Shown here one piece after another: positions 55,086 through 64,000 of a stretch of 64,000 nucleotides of DNA; position 1 is the first letter of the stretch; each line of letters opens with the position of its first letter. The notes beneath the pieces are model-generated. The model was given only the letters and a program-made list of their open reading frames with translations, ran no database searches and was not told the origin of the DNA. The position numbers and the translations under genes were made by a program. This stretch comes from Alphaproteobacteria bacterium (GTDB taxonomy: Bacteria; Pseudomonadota; Alphaproteobacteria; GCA-2731375): positions 6,528,001-6,592,000 of the forward strand of contig CBDDPY010000002.1 of the NCBI GenBank assembly GCA_965232515.1. Reading direction: 5' to 3'.

Positions 55086-57908
55086 ATGCCCAAGCGCAAG
55101 AGATCATCTCGCAGCTTCTTTCGGAGCAAGGGATTTATCGCGCTGATCGTGCTGGTCGTGGTGATCGCGGCCGCGGCGCCATTCGTTTTTCAGCGGCTGA
55201 TGGAGCGTGGTAGCGAGTCCTACATCGCCGAGGCCAAGTCCTATGCCGAGGGCGGCGACATCGCGGCCGCCATCATTCAGCTCAAGAATGCCGTCCGGGA
55301 CGATCCGGATGACGCTAATGCGCGCCTGATGCTGGGCAAGGCCTACCTGCAGACCCGCAAATACGCCGACGCCGAGAAAGAGCTGCGCGCGGCGCTGTCG
55401 CGCGGCTCGACCGAGGCGGAGCTGGCGGCCCTGCTGGCCCGCGCCTACTACCATCAGGGCAAGTTCGACGAGATCCTGAATGATGTCGCCAGCGGCGACC
55501 GCGGCGCCGAGGTCGAGTCGCAGATCCTGAGCTATCGCGGCCACGCCTATCGCGGCAAGCGGGAGTTCGAGAAGTCCGAGGAGGCCTTCCTCAAGGCCCT
55601 TGAACTGACGCCGGGCGACACGCTGGCGAACTATGGCCTGGCGCTGCTGTTTCAGCAGCAGAACGAGCTGGAGAAGGCAGAAGCCGCGGTCGACGAGGTT
55701 CTGGCGGCCAATGCCGACTCGGTGGAAGCGATGAATCTCAAGGGCCAGCTCCGCCGCCGCGCCGGTGACGCCGATGGCGCGCTCGTTCAGTTCGACCGCG
55801 CGCTTGCCGTCAATGCCGAGAGCATGGCGGCCAACCTGGGCCGCGCCGCCATTCTGGTGGCGCGCGGCGAGGACGCCGACGCCAAGGGCAACATCGACGC
55901 CGTCCTCGCGCGGCAGCCGAAACATCCGGTGGCGAACTATCTGATCGCCGTCAAGCAGGCCCGTGACGGACTGAACCAGGAAGCCATCAACACCCTGCAG
56001 CGGTCCGGCGAATTCCTGCGCAACTATCCGGCCGGGCTCCTGCTGATGGCCTATCTCAACACCCGCGAGAACCAGCTCGAGCAGGCCGAACAGCACCTGC
56101 GCACCGCCATGGGACTGGTGCCCGACAACCCGGCGGTACGCAAGCTGCTGGCGAATGTCTATCTGCGCAAGGGAACGCCCGACAAGGCCGTCGGACTGCT
56201 GAAGCCGGTGGCCGAGCAGGGAACCCAGGATCTCCAGCTGCTGTCGTTGCTGGCGAACGCCTATCTGCGCGACCGTAAGCCGGCCGAGGCGGCGCAGCTT
56301 CTGGAGCAGATCGCCGCTGTCCAGCCCGAGAACGCGCAGCTGGCGACGCAACTCGCCCTCAGCCGGCTCCAGACCGGCCAGTCGGACGAAGCGGTCGCCG
56401 AGCTGCAGCAGATTCTCGAGACCGATCCCGACGCGACCCAGGCCGGCATCCTGCTCGTCCTGACCCACCTGCGAGAGAACCGCTTGGACGACGCCGAAAC
56501 CGCGGCGACCGATCTAAAGACGTCAATGGCCGACAGTCCGCTGCCGGACAACCTGCTGGGCGGGATCAGTCTGCGCCGCCGGGACCTGGCCGCGGCCCGA
56601 ACAAATTTCGGCGCCGCCCTTGAGGTCGACTCGCGCTTCGTGCCGGCCCACCTGAATCTGGCGCAGATCGATCTGGCGGAAGGCAAGGTCGACGACGCCA
56701 AGTCGCGCTATGAGCGGATCCTGAACATCAATGGCACGAATGTCGCCGCCATGATGGCGCTCAGCCGTCTGGCGTTTCAGGAGCAGAAGGCGGAGGAGGG
56801 CGTCAACTGGCTCGACAAAGCCATCGAGGCGCAGCCGCAGGCGGTGCAGCCGCGGCTCCGTCTCGTCGACTATCATCTTTCGGCCGATAACTCCTCGGCG
56901 GCGCTGACCGTCGCCCGCGCCATGGTGCAGGAGATGGCCGACAATCCGCTCGCCGTCGATGCGCTCGGCCGTGCGCAGTTCGCCGCCGGCCAGACGGCCA
57001 GCGCGGTGACGGCCTTCCGTCGCGTCGTTTCGCTGGCGCCCAACTCGCCGGTGGCGAGACAGCGCCTGGCGCAGGTGTTGGTGTCGGTCGAGAACTTCAA
57101 CGATGCCCGAGACACGCTGAAGCAAGCGATCGAGCTTGCCCCCCGCTACGTGCCGGCCTATCTCAACCTGATCACACTCGAGGTGAATCAGGACAATCAC
57201 GACCAGGCGATTGGCATTGTCGAGCAGCTGCGCAAGGCGATGCCGGATTCGCCCGTCGCGGATCTGGCGCTCGGCGACATCAAGGCCGAGCAGGGTGCCT
57301 ACGAGGAGGCGATCGACGCCTACAACGCCGGTCTGGCGGTGGAATCGAACAGCCGCATCGTCGCCCGCCGCTACCGCGCCCGCGTGAACATGGGACAGCG
57401 CGACGTGGGCTTCCAGGAGCTGCGCGATTGGCTGACGGCCAACCCCGAGGACGATGCCATTCGCTTCACGCTTGCCAGCGACCTTTTGGCGAACGGCGAA
57501 TCCGACGAGGCCCTGGCCGAGCATGAGAAGCTGTTGGAGCGGCAGCCCGGCAACAACATCATACTGAACAACCTGGCCTGGCTGTACGACCAGAGAGGCG
57601 ACCCGCGGGGCCTTGAGTATGCCGAGAGAGCCTATGAGGGCGCGCCGCAATCGCCGGCGATCAAGGACACGCTGGGCTGGGTTCTGCTGCGCAACGGCCA
57701 GACCGAGCGGGCATTGACCCTGCTGCGCGAAGCCGCCGAGATCCTGCCCGACAATGCGGAGATCCAGTATCACTTCGCCGCCGCGCTGGAGAAATCCGGC
57801 GACCGGGATCAGGCCAAGGAGATCCTTCAGCGCATTCTGACGGCGGACGCCAACTTCGCCGGCATGGAAGACGCGCGCCAGCTGCTGGACAGCTTGTCGG
57901 GCGGATAA
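55086..57908 (+). CDS. prsT: PEP-CTERM system TPR-repeat protein PrsT (paralogue 2)
   Basis: AIIQLKNAV...ARLMLGKAYL...AEKEL, TPR array, LNNLAWLY...DTLGWVL...IQYH; follows prsK-prsR. Confidence 0.92.
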   Translation: MPKRKRSSRSFFRSKGFIALIVLVVVIAAAAPFVFQRLMERGSESYIAEAKSYAEGGDIAAAIIQLKNAVRDDPDDANARLMLGKAYLQTRKYADAEKELRAALSRGSTEAELAALLARAYYHQGKFDEILNDVASGDRGAEVESQILSYRGHAYRGKREFEKSEEAFLKALELTPGDTLANYGLALLFQQQNELEKAEAAVDEVLAANADSVEAMNLKGQLRRRAGDADGALVQFDRALAVNAESMAANLGRAAILVARGEDADAKGNIDAVLARQPKHPVANYLIAVKQARDGLNQEAINTLQRSGEFLRNYPAGLLLMAYLNTRENQLEQAEQHLRTAMGLVPDNPAVRKLLANVYLRKGTPDKAVGLLKPVAEQGTQDLQLLSLLANAYLRDRKPAEAAQLLEQIAAVQPENAQLATQLALSRLQTGQSDEAVAELQQILETDPDATQAGILLVLTHLRENRLDDAETAATDLKTSMADSPLPDNLLGGISLRRRDLAAARTNFGAALEVDSRFVPAHLNLAQIDLAEGKVDDAKSRYERILNINGTNVAAMMALSRLAFQEQKAEEGVNWLDKAIEAQPQAVQPRLRLVDYHLSADNSSAALTVARAMVQEMADNPLAVDALGRAQFAAGQTASAVTAFRRVVSLAPNSPVARQRLAQVLVSVENFNDARDTLKQAIELAPRYVPAYLNLITLEVNQDNHDQAIGIVEQLRKAMPDSPVADLALGDIKAEQGAYEEAIDAYNAGLAVESNSRIVARRYRARVNMGQRDVGFQELRDWLTANPEDDAIRFTLASDLLANGESDEALAEHEKLLERQPGNNIILNNLAWLYDQRGDPRGLEYAERAYEGAPQSPAIKDTLGWVLLRNGQTERALTLLREAAEILPDNAEIQYHFAAALEKSGDRDQAKEILQRILTADANFAGMEDARQLLDSLSGG

Positions 57909-58049
57909 CTCCAATGGTCAGGTATCGGCCTCTACGCCCGATGGCATAAGGCTTTCGTGACGCATCATGCCGGGCCGCTCGCGGCCCGGCGATAGAAGTG
58001 CGGTTGACGGCCGACGACGGTCGGCGTTCGCTGTCCGCCCGGATCCGGG

Positions 58050-58391
58050 TTAGCTTTTGCTGCCTTTCAGCCAGGCGCCGGCCATGGTGCGGTGATCGGC
58101 ATCGGCCGAGTTGGCGTAGATGTGCGCCTGTTCGAGACAGTTTACCGGTTCGTTGCCGAGCCGCTCGACCAGGATGCGCACGAACTGGGGGAACACCTCG
58201 CAGAAGACGGTGAAGTCCCGGAAGTCGTCGCGCAGTTGGTCGTGCATCTCCTTCAGGGCGATCAGGCGGTCGGGCCAGGATAGCGCCCGCAATGGCCCCA
58301 GACACCGATTCGCCCATTCTTCGGCCAGCAATTCAGGCGGCGTGTCGCCGGTGGCGGCTGGATTGTTGGCGCCGGTTGGCTCTTTACCCAT
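58050..58391 (-). CDS. hypothetical protein
   Basis: 113-aa ORF with GC3-rich codons and AGGTGG RBS; no family recognised. Confidence 0.65.
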   Translation of the reverse strand: MGKEPTGANNPAATGDTPPELLAEEWANRCLGPLRALSWPDRLIALKEMHDQLRDDFRDFTVFCEVFPQFVRILVERLGNEPVNCLEQAHIYANSADADHRTMAGAWLKGSKS

Positions 58392-58897
58392 TACAACCAC
58401 CTGATCCTAGGCCTCTGTCGATCCGCCTATCGGCATTGGAGAACAACTGCGGTATCCGGGACGTTCCGATCAACCTCGCGCCCCAGAAATCGTAGGCTTT
58501 TCGAACATCTGCGGCCAGTGCTTCAGCGGTCCGACAGTCTGTGATTCGATATGCGATATCCGAGTCTCGATTACGAATTCTAACACAAGCACCTGCCCAG
58601 CGGCAGACTGGCGATATCCCCAGTATTTACATCCCCGCGTTACTTCAGCATGATCTATGACAAACAGACGTTAACGCGCCACAAGCTGAATAGTCGATTG
58701 TACAAATATGAAAAACAGGTTGGTGCGGTGGGTTGAATAAGGAAAAAGTTTCGTCGCCATCTTTGCCAGCGTGACTCAAACATCCCGAATTCCCAAGCCA
58801 ACAGTCCAAAATCCGACAGAGGTATCTGCAGCGCGCGTTGTCGTAACAGAGGGGTCGACCTGAAATCGTTGTCCGTTTGACTTTCTTGGGGGGAGCT

Positions 58898-59059
58898 ATG
58901 AACGGATTAAGTGCTGTAACGCGTTTCGGGGGTAGCCAGGATCTCGATCCGCAACCGCGATCGAAAATGAGCAAACGTCGGTCGATAGGCCTCATCGGCA
59001 TGTTGTCGTTCCTCGGGTGGATCGGCATTGTCGGCGTGGTCGCCGCGCTGATCTACTGA
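58898..59059 (+). CDS. small (53 aa) protein with C-terminal TM helix
   Basis: GGGAG RBS. MNGLS...KMSKRRSIGLIGMLSFLGWIGIVGVVAALIY. Confidence 0.5.
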   Translation: MNGLSAVTRFGGSQDLDPQPRSKMSKRRSIGLIGMLSFLGWIGIVGVVAALIY

Positions 59060-59101
59060 TCGCCGCTCTTCCCGAGCGGTTGCGCGCCGGAACATCCGGC
59101 C

Positions 59102-59626
59102 CTAGTTGGCCGTGTCCAACATCTCGTGCGCGCGCAGGAGTTGCCGATAGTTGTTCAGTGCGTCGCCAAATCCATCGAGGCCGATCTGCGTGTCGTGTGG
59201 CAACCCGTCGGGTGACGTCTGCACGCGATAGACCAGGCGGCTGCCGGCCACCATCTCATTCAGGATGCTCGTCGCGTCGGCCCCGATCCAGCGGGCAAGG
59301 CCGGCGTCGACATTTGTCTCATGCACGCTTTGACCGTCGATCCGCAGGAAAGCCGGCAGGTCCGGCACGACATCGTCGCGGACCTCGATGGCGATCTGGA
59401 ACTGCTCGGGCGCGTATTCGTGCACCAGGATGACGTTTTGGCGGGTGGTGTGGTCGAGCGATGCGCTGGGCGCGCTGAACCGGCAGCGCTTGCTGCCGTC
59501 ATCGACCACTTCCCGCCAGCAGACGATCGACCAGTCGCCATAGCTGCGGAAATAGAACACATAGGCGGCGAGGGTTTCCGTCGCCGCGGCAATCAGTACA
59601 AGTCCGGCTAGCAGAACTGCCCGCAT
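59102..59626 (-). CDS. invasion-associated locus B (IalB)-like exported protein
   Basis: Signal peptide, YGDWSIVC...C, LRIDG, ILNEMVAG..L, IGLDGFGDAL. Confidence 0.7.
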   Translation of the reverse strand: MRAVLLAGLVLIAAATETLAAYVFYFRSYGDWSIVCWREVVDDGSKRCRFSAPSASLDHTTRQNVILVHEYAPEQFQIAIEVRDDVVPDLPAFLRIDGQSVHETNVDAGLARWIGADATSILNEMVAGSRLVYRVQTSPDGLPHDTQIGLDGFGDALNNYRQLLRAHEMLDTAN

Positions 59627-59683
59627 TTCAATGCTCTAGCACCGCAACCTATGCTGCGGGTGTAGCAAAATTGGGCGGTGCTG

Positions 59684-60142
59684 TCAGTTCCGCGTTTGGC
59701 CGGTGCTGTCGCTGAGGGCGAATTCGCCCTGCCAGAGGCCGCGCCGGCGCGCCTTCGAGTCGGTCTCGAACCGTTGGTATCGCGCGCTGACCGCGCGCGC
59801 CCAACCGGTATAGACCATGCCCTCGGACAGGTCGTAGCCATTCGCCCGGCAAACCGCCGTCGTCTGGCCGTGCGCGTCCTCGCCCACGGTCGTGCAGCGT
59901 ACGCGCGCGCCGGCCGTCAGGTCCAGCAGGGCCGATCGCGCGACCCGCCCGCAGGGGATGGTCTTTTGCCGGAACGCGCACTGCGCGTCGGGCGCCGGCG
60001 TCCGGATGCCATAGAGCCGCACCTCTTGGCCGGCGATGGCGATCGTGCTGGCATCGACGATCTCGAACGGGCCACTCAGTTCCGCCGCCATGGCGGTGCC
60101 CGGCAGCGCCAGACCGGCAATCAGGATCAACCGTTTCAACAT
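59684..60142 (-). CDS. thermonuclease (SNase)-family exported protein
   Basis: IVDASTI...VRLYGIRTP...C...CG, DAHGQTTAVC, MVYTGWA, RRGLWQG. Catalytic motifs (DGDT, D.PE, DRYGR) look degenerate. Confidence 0.8.
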   Translation of the reverse strand: MLKRLILIAGLALPGTAMAAELSGPFEIVDASTIAIAGQEVRLYGIRTPAPDAQCAFRQKTIPCGRVARSALLDLTAGARVRCTTVGEDAHGQTTAVCRANGYDLSEGMVYTGWARAVSARYQRFETDSKARRRGLWQGEFALSDSTGQTRN

Positions 60143-60353
60143 GGGCCAATGATAGCTTTTGCGTTGGCCGGCTGGCCATTCACGCTACCGCGAGATGTGT
60201 TATCAACAATTCCCCGGGGGTGCCGCCGCATGTCTGGATTTCGGCGTCCGCCGCGCTATGTCATGTTGCCGTACGCTATGATAGGGGGTGGCGATCACGC
60301 GGGGGACGCATGGTCGCGGGCCACGGGGCATAGTAGGCTGTCAGGGGAACGAC

Positions 60354-61010
60354 ATGAACGACATTGCGGGCATGGGGGTCAGCAACTTGACCGAAAGCCT
60401 GGAGAAAGAACGGACCGAAGCCATCGCTCGCCGGCCGAGCCGGGACGAGGCCGAGGAGGCCGTGCGGACGTTGATCCGTTGGGCCGGCGACGATCCGGCC
60501 CGCGAGGGACTGCTCGGGACACCGGACCGGGTCGTACGCAGCTTCGAGGAGTTTTACGCCGGCTATACCTCCGATCCGGTGGAATTGCTGCAGCGCACCT
60601 TCGAGGAGACCGACGGCTACGACGAAATGGTCGTCCTGCGCGATATCCGGTTCGAGAGCCATTGCGAGCACCACATGGTGCCGATCATCGGCGTCGCCCA
60701 TGTCGGCTATCTGCCGCGGCACCGGGTCGTCGGCATCTCCAAGCTGGCGCGTGTGGTCGAGGTCTATGCCAAGCGGCTGCAGATTCAGGAGAAGATGACC
60801 GCGCAGATCGCCAACACGATTAACGATGTCATGCAGCCCTACGGCGTCGGCGTCGTCATCGAGGCGGCGCATCAATGTATGACCACCCGCGGCGTGCACA
60901 AGCCGGGCGTCGACATGGTGACCAGCCGCATGCTCGGCGATTTCCGCGACAATCCGACGACCCGCCGCGAGTTCCTCGCGATGATCGGCCGACCCGGGCA
61001 CGTCGGCTAG
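60354..61010 (+). CDS. folE: GTP cyclohydrolase I
   Basis: [51 protein letters not shown]. Confidence 0.96.
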   Translation: MNDIAGMGVSNLTESLEKERTEAIARRPSRDEAEEAVRTLIRWAGDDPAREGLLGTPDRVVRSFEEFYAGYTSDPVELLQRTFEETDGYDEMVVLRDIRFESHCEHHMVPIIGVAHVGYLPRHRVVGISKLARVVEVYAKRLQIQEKMTAQIANTINDVMQPYGVGVVIEAAHQCMTTRGVHKPGVDMVTSRMLGDFRDNPTTRREFLAMIGRPGHVG

Positions 61011-61029
61011 ACCGGAAAGATTCCGCGCC

Positions 61030-61056
61030 TGTCGATTCCGTCGCCGATCGTTCGTC
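61030..61056 (+). promoter_or_regulatory. ECF42-type promoter (TGTCGA-N17-CGTC)
   Basis: tgtcga-ttccgtcgccgatcgtt-cgtc, 45 bp upstream of the DGPF/YciI gene, matching the ECF42 autoregulatory motif as I recall it. Confidence 0.7.
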
Positions 61057-61101
61057 TCTGTTCCGTTAGGGCATTGAACATCGCAACGGAGGAGCAAGGC
61101 G

Positions 61102-61452
61102 ATGCCGAAATTCATGCTGTTGTTGCACGAACGGGCCGGCGAGGAGAGTGACCTGTCGCCGGAGGAAATCCAGGGCATCATCCAGAAGTACCGCGACTGG
61201 AGCCAGCAGATGGGCGAGGCCGGCAGGCTCGTCGGCGGCGATAAGCTGACCGATGACAACGGCAAGGTCCTGCGGCCGGGCGCCGGCGGTGTCTCGGTTA
61301 CCGACGGACCCTATGCCGAGACCAAGGAGGTCATCGGCGGCTACTTCCAGATCGAGGCCAGCGACTACGCCGAAGCGGTCGAGATCTCCAAGACCTGCCC
61401 GCACCTCGCCTACGGCGGCAACATCGAGATCCGGCAGGTTGACGACGTCTGA
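61102..61452 (+). CDS. YciI/DGPF family protein
   Basis: MPKFMLLL, TDGPYAETKEVIGGYF, CPH...G.IEIRQV. Confidence 0.92.
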   Translation: MPKFMLLLHERAGEESDLSPEEIQGIIQKYRDWSQQMGEAGRLVGGDKLTDDNGKVLRPGAGGVSVTDGPYAETKEVIGGYFQIEASDYAEAVEISKTCPHLAYGGNIEIRQVDDV

Positions 61453-61461
61453 CGCCTCCAT

Positions 61462-62736
61462 ATGACGACGCCCAGGACATCCCCCGGCGTCGACGGATTG
61501 GTCGACCATCTGTTCCGCCAGCAGGCGGGGCGGATGGTCGCCGTTCTCACCCGCACGCTCGGGCCGGAGAACCTGGATCTCGTCGAGGACGTGGTCCAGG
61601 AGGCGCTGACCCGGGCGCTCCGGCACTGGCCGTTCCGCGGCGTGCCGGACGATCCGGCGGCTTGGCTCTATCGCGTGGCCCGCAATCGGGCGCTGGATGT
61701 CCTGCGGCGGCGGGCGCGATTTCCCGATGCGCCGGTCGAGGTGCTGGACCTTCTGGAAGCCCGCCTCGAGAAGTCCCCCGACACCGCCTTCGCCTCGGAG
61801 ATCGCCGACGACGAGCTGCGGTTGATTTTCACTTGCTGCCACCCCGAGGTGCAGGCCGAGGCGCGCGTGGCGCTGACGCTCAAGACCGTCTGCGGGTTCG
61901 GCGTGCGCGAGATCGCGCAGGCCTTCCTGGTCGACGAGACGACGATTGCCCAGCGTCTGGTCCGGGCCAAGCGCCGGCTGCGCGACCGGCGCATCGGCTA
62001 CGCCGTGCCGGCGCCGGCCGAGCTGCCCGAGCGCCTGCGCTCGGTGCTGGACGTGGTCTATCTGTTGTTCAACAAGGGCTACGCGGCAACCGGTGGCGGC
62101 GCCCTGGTCCAGGCCGATATCTGCCGGGCGGCAATCCGCCTCGCCGAGCTGGTGGCGGCCCATCCCGTGACCGGCGGACCCGTGGCGCATGCGCTCGCCG
62201 CCCTGCTGCAGTTCCACGTCGCGCGCCTGCCGACCCGGCTCGACGACGAGGGCGAATTGCTGCTGCTCGAGGATCAGGACCGCCGCCAATGGGACCGGCA
62301 GGCAATCTCGACCGGGTTCGTTCACCTTGAGCAGGCCGGCCAGGGCGAGGATGTCAGCGATTTCCATCTTCAGGCCGGCATCGCCGCCTGCCATGCCGCG
62401 GCCGAGGACTTCGCGGCGACCGACTGGTCCGCCATCCTCGGCTACTACGACCAACTGGTCGCCCGCAACCCATCGCCCGTGCTGGCGCTGAACCGCGCGG
62501 TCGCCGTCGCCATGCTTGACGGCCCCGCCGCCGGCCTCGACGCCCTTGCCGGGCTCGAAGATCAGCCGGCGCTCGCCCGCTATTACCTGTTGCCGGCCAC
62601 ACGGGCCGAACTCCTGCGCCGCCTTGGTCGCGATGTGTCGGCAAGCGACGCTTGGCGCGCGGCCCTCGATCTCGATCCCCCGGCGCCCGTACGCCGCTTC
62701 ATCGAACGGCGGTTGGCGGCGCTGGGCACGGCCTGA
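61462..62736 (+). CDS. ECF42-group sigma factor with DUF6596/TPR extension
   Basis: EDVVQEAL..AL..WP..GVP..PAAWL..VARNRALD, DDELRLIFTCCHP, AQRLVRAK, QDRRQWD, TDWSAILGYY, LNRAVAV. Confidence 0.92.
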   Translation: MTTPRTSPGVDGLVDHLFRQQAGRMVAVLTRTLGPENLDLVEDVVQEALTRALRHWPFRGVPDDPAAWLYRVARNRALDVLRRRARFPDAPVEVLDLLEARLEKSPDTAFASEIADDELRLIFTCCHPEVQAEARVALTLKTVCGFGVREIAQAFLVDETTIAQRLVRAKRRLRDRRIGYAVPAPAELPERLRSVLDVVYLLFNKGYAATGGGALVQADICRAAIRLAELVAAHPVTGGPVAHALAALLQFHVARLPTRLDDEGELLLLEDQDRRQWDRQAISTGFVHLEQAGQGEDVSDFHLQAGIAACHAAAEDFAATDWSAILGYYDQLVARNPSPVLALNRAVAVAMLDGPAAGLDALAGLEDQPALARYYLLPATRAELLRRLGRDVSASDAWRAALDLDPPAPVRRFIERRLAALGTA

Positions 62737-62800
62737 AATAGCCGCATTTCCGTGTCGCCGGCCTTGAGTTTGCCGCCGGCTTCGCCCTTAATTCGGACCC

Positions 62801-63427
62801 ATGTCGAACAATGACTTCAGTGCCCGTCGGCACGCGCCGGCGACGGCCCGCAATCGCCAATTTATCCGCGACGTATTGCGCGACGCATTGCCGGCGCGCG
62901 GCACGGTGTTGGAGACCGCCAGCGGCAGCGGCGAGCACGCCGTCTATCTGGCCGAGCAACTGCCGGCGCTCCATTGGGCGCCTAGCGACCGCGAGGATGA
63001 GAACCTCGCCAGCATCGCCGCCTGGTCGGCGGAGGCCCGATTGCCGAACCTGTTGGCGCCGCGCCGGATTGACGTGACCGCCGACGACTGGGGCGTTGCT
63101 GACATCGCCGCCGATCTCGCGGCGGTGATGAACGCGAACATGATCCACATCGCGCCCTGGGCGGTCTGCGAGGGCCTGATGGCCGGCGCCGGCCGGCTGC
63201 TGCCATCGGGCGGTTTGCTCTACATGTACGGGCCCTATTTCCGCGATGACGTGCCGACGGCGGAAAGCAATCTCGCCTTCGATGCCTCGCTGCGGCAGCG
63301 GAACCCGGCCTGGGGCATCCGCAACCTGGCCGACGTCGGCGCCTGCGCAACGGCCAACGGCCTGCGGCTGGCCGAAGTTGTCGAGATGCCGGCCAACAAT
63401 CTGTCGGTGCTGTTCCGACGCGACTGA
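62801..63427 (+). CDS. DUF938 family SAM-dependent methyltransferase
   Basis: APATARNR, VLETASGSGEH, NMIHIAPW, YGPY, SNLAFDASL..RNPAWGIR, MPANN. Confidence 0.92.
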   Translation: MSNNDFSARRHAPATARNRQFIRDVLRDALPARGTVLETASGSGEHAVYLAEQLPALHWAPSDREDENLASIAAWSAEARLPNLLAPRRIDVTADDWGVADIAADLAAVMNANMIHIAPWAVCEGLMAGAGRLLPSGGLLYMYGPYFRDDVPTAESNLAFDASLRQRNPAWGIRNLADVGACATANGLRLAEVVEMPANNLSVLFRRD

Positions 63428-63459
63428 TTGTCCGTAACAGAAGAGTGGGGAGGAAACGC

Positions 63460-64000
63460 ATGAACGACGCCGCGACGGACGGCCGCATCACATCAGAGGC
63501 CGATGGCCGCATCCTGCGCATCGGCATCGACCGGCCGGCCAAGCTGAACGGCTTCACGCCGAAGATGCAGGCCGAACTCGCTGCCGCCTATACCGAGCTC
63601 GAGCATAACGATGACTACTGGTGCGGGCTGCTGTTCGCCCATGGCGACCATTTCACCGCCGGCCTCGACCTCGCCAAGATGGCGCCCCTGCTGGAAGCCG
63701 GCGAGCGGGAATGGTCGGCCGACCAGGTCGATCCGCTCGACCGCTACCCACCGCGCCGCAGCAAGCCCGTGGTCGCGGCCGTCAAGGGCATCACGTTTAC
63801 CATCGGCATCGAGCTGATGCTGGCCGCCGACGTCGTCGTCGCCGCCGACGATTGCCGCTTCTCTCAGCTCGAGGTCAAGCGCGGCATCATGGCCGCCGGC
63901 GGCGCCACGATCCGCATGGTCGAGCGCGCCGGCTGGGGCAACGCCATGCTCTATCTGCTGACCGGCGACGAGTTCGACGCCGCGACGGCGCTCCGCCTCG
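63460..64000 (+). CDS. enoyl-CoA hydratase/crotonase family protein (partial, runs off the window)
   Basis: GGAGG RBS; IDRPAKLNGF, HFTAGLDL, KPVVAAVKG...GIELMLAAD, QLEVKRGI, GWGNAM.YLLTGDEF. Confidence 0.92.
   Translation, partial: MNDAATDGRITSEADGRILRIGIDRPAKLNGFTPKMQAELAAAYTELEHNDDYWCGLLFAHGDHFTAGLDLAKMAPLLEAGEREWSADQVDPLDRYPPRRSKPVVAAVKGITFTIGIELMLAADVVVAADDCRFSQLEVKRGIMAAGGATIRMVERAGWGNAMLYLLTGDEFDAATALRL

Overview
High-GC alphaproteobacterial-looking chromosomal window (Rhodospirillales-like by gene content; inference). About 44 kb (13.8-57.9 kb) is a complete PEP-CTERM/exosortase A (XrtA) protein-sorting and exopolysaccharide locus. It has two PrsT paralogues at its ends, PrsK/PrsR, xrtA-EpsI, split Wzc, Wza, the associated ATPase, beta-barrel, deacetylase, FemAB-like protein, amidotransferase, O-glycosylation ligase, several glycosyltransferases, two nucleotide-sugar dehydrogenases, a sulfotransferase and Wzx. 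It has one PEP-CTERM-type target gene with a readable sigma54 + IHF + enhancer promoter. Left flank: Tat-exported ABC binding protein, PuuE-like deacetylase, TRAP transporter with a REP-like element, IlvD-family dehydratase and dehydrogenase, and a CHASE PleC/DivJ-like kinase with a peptidoglycan-binding lipoprotein. Right flank: IalB, SNase, folE, a DGPF/ECF42 pair, DUF938 and a crotonase. The most notable observations are (i) an atypical tRNA-Val(UAC) with an extra base in the T-arm inside a locus encoding Fem/GNAT-fold transferases, (ii) a small exported peptide built of NPCAAK(AC) repeats with 11 Cys, (iii) a GDP-mannose-dehydrogenase-like enzyme with Ala at the conserved NPEFLRE Glu, (iv) a perfect CRP-type box before the chain-length gene, and (v) unannotated small membrane proteins and a CTERM-like protein lacking PEP. 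No transposase, integrase or CRISPR array was seen. All family calls come from motif recognition by eye, not database searches.
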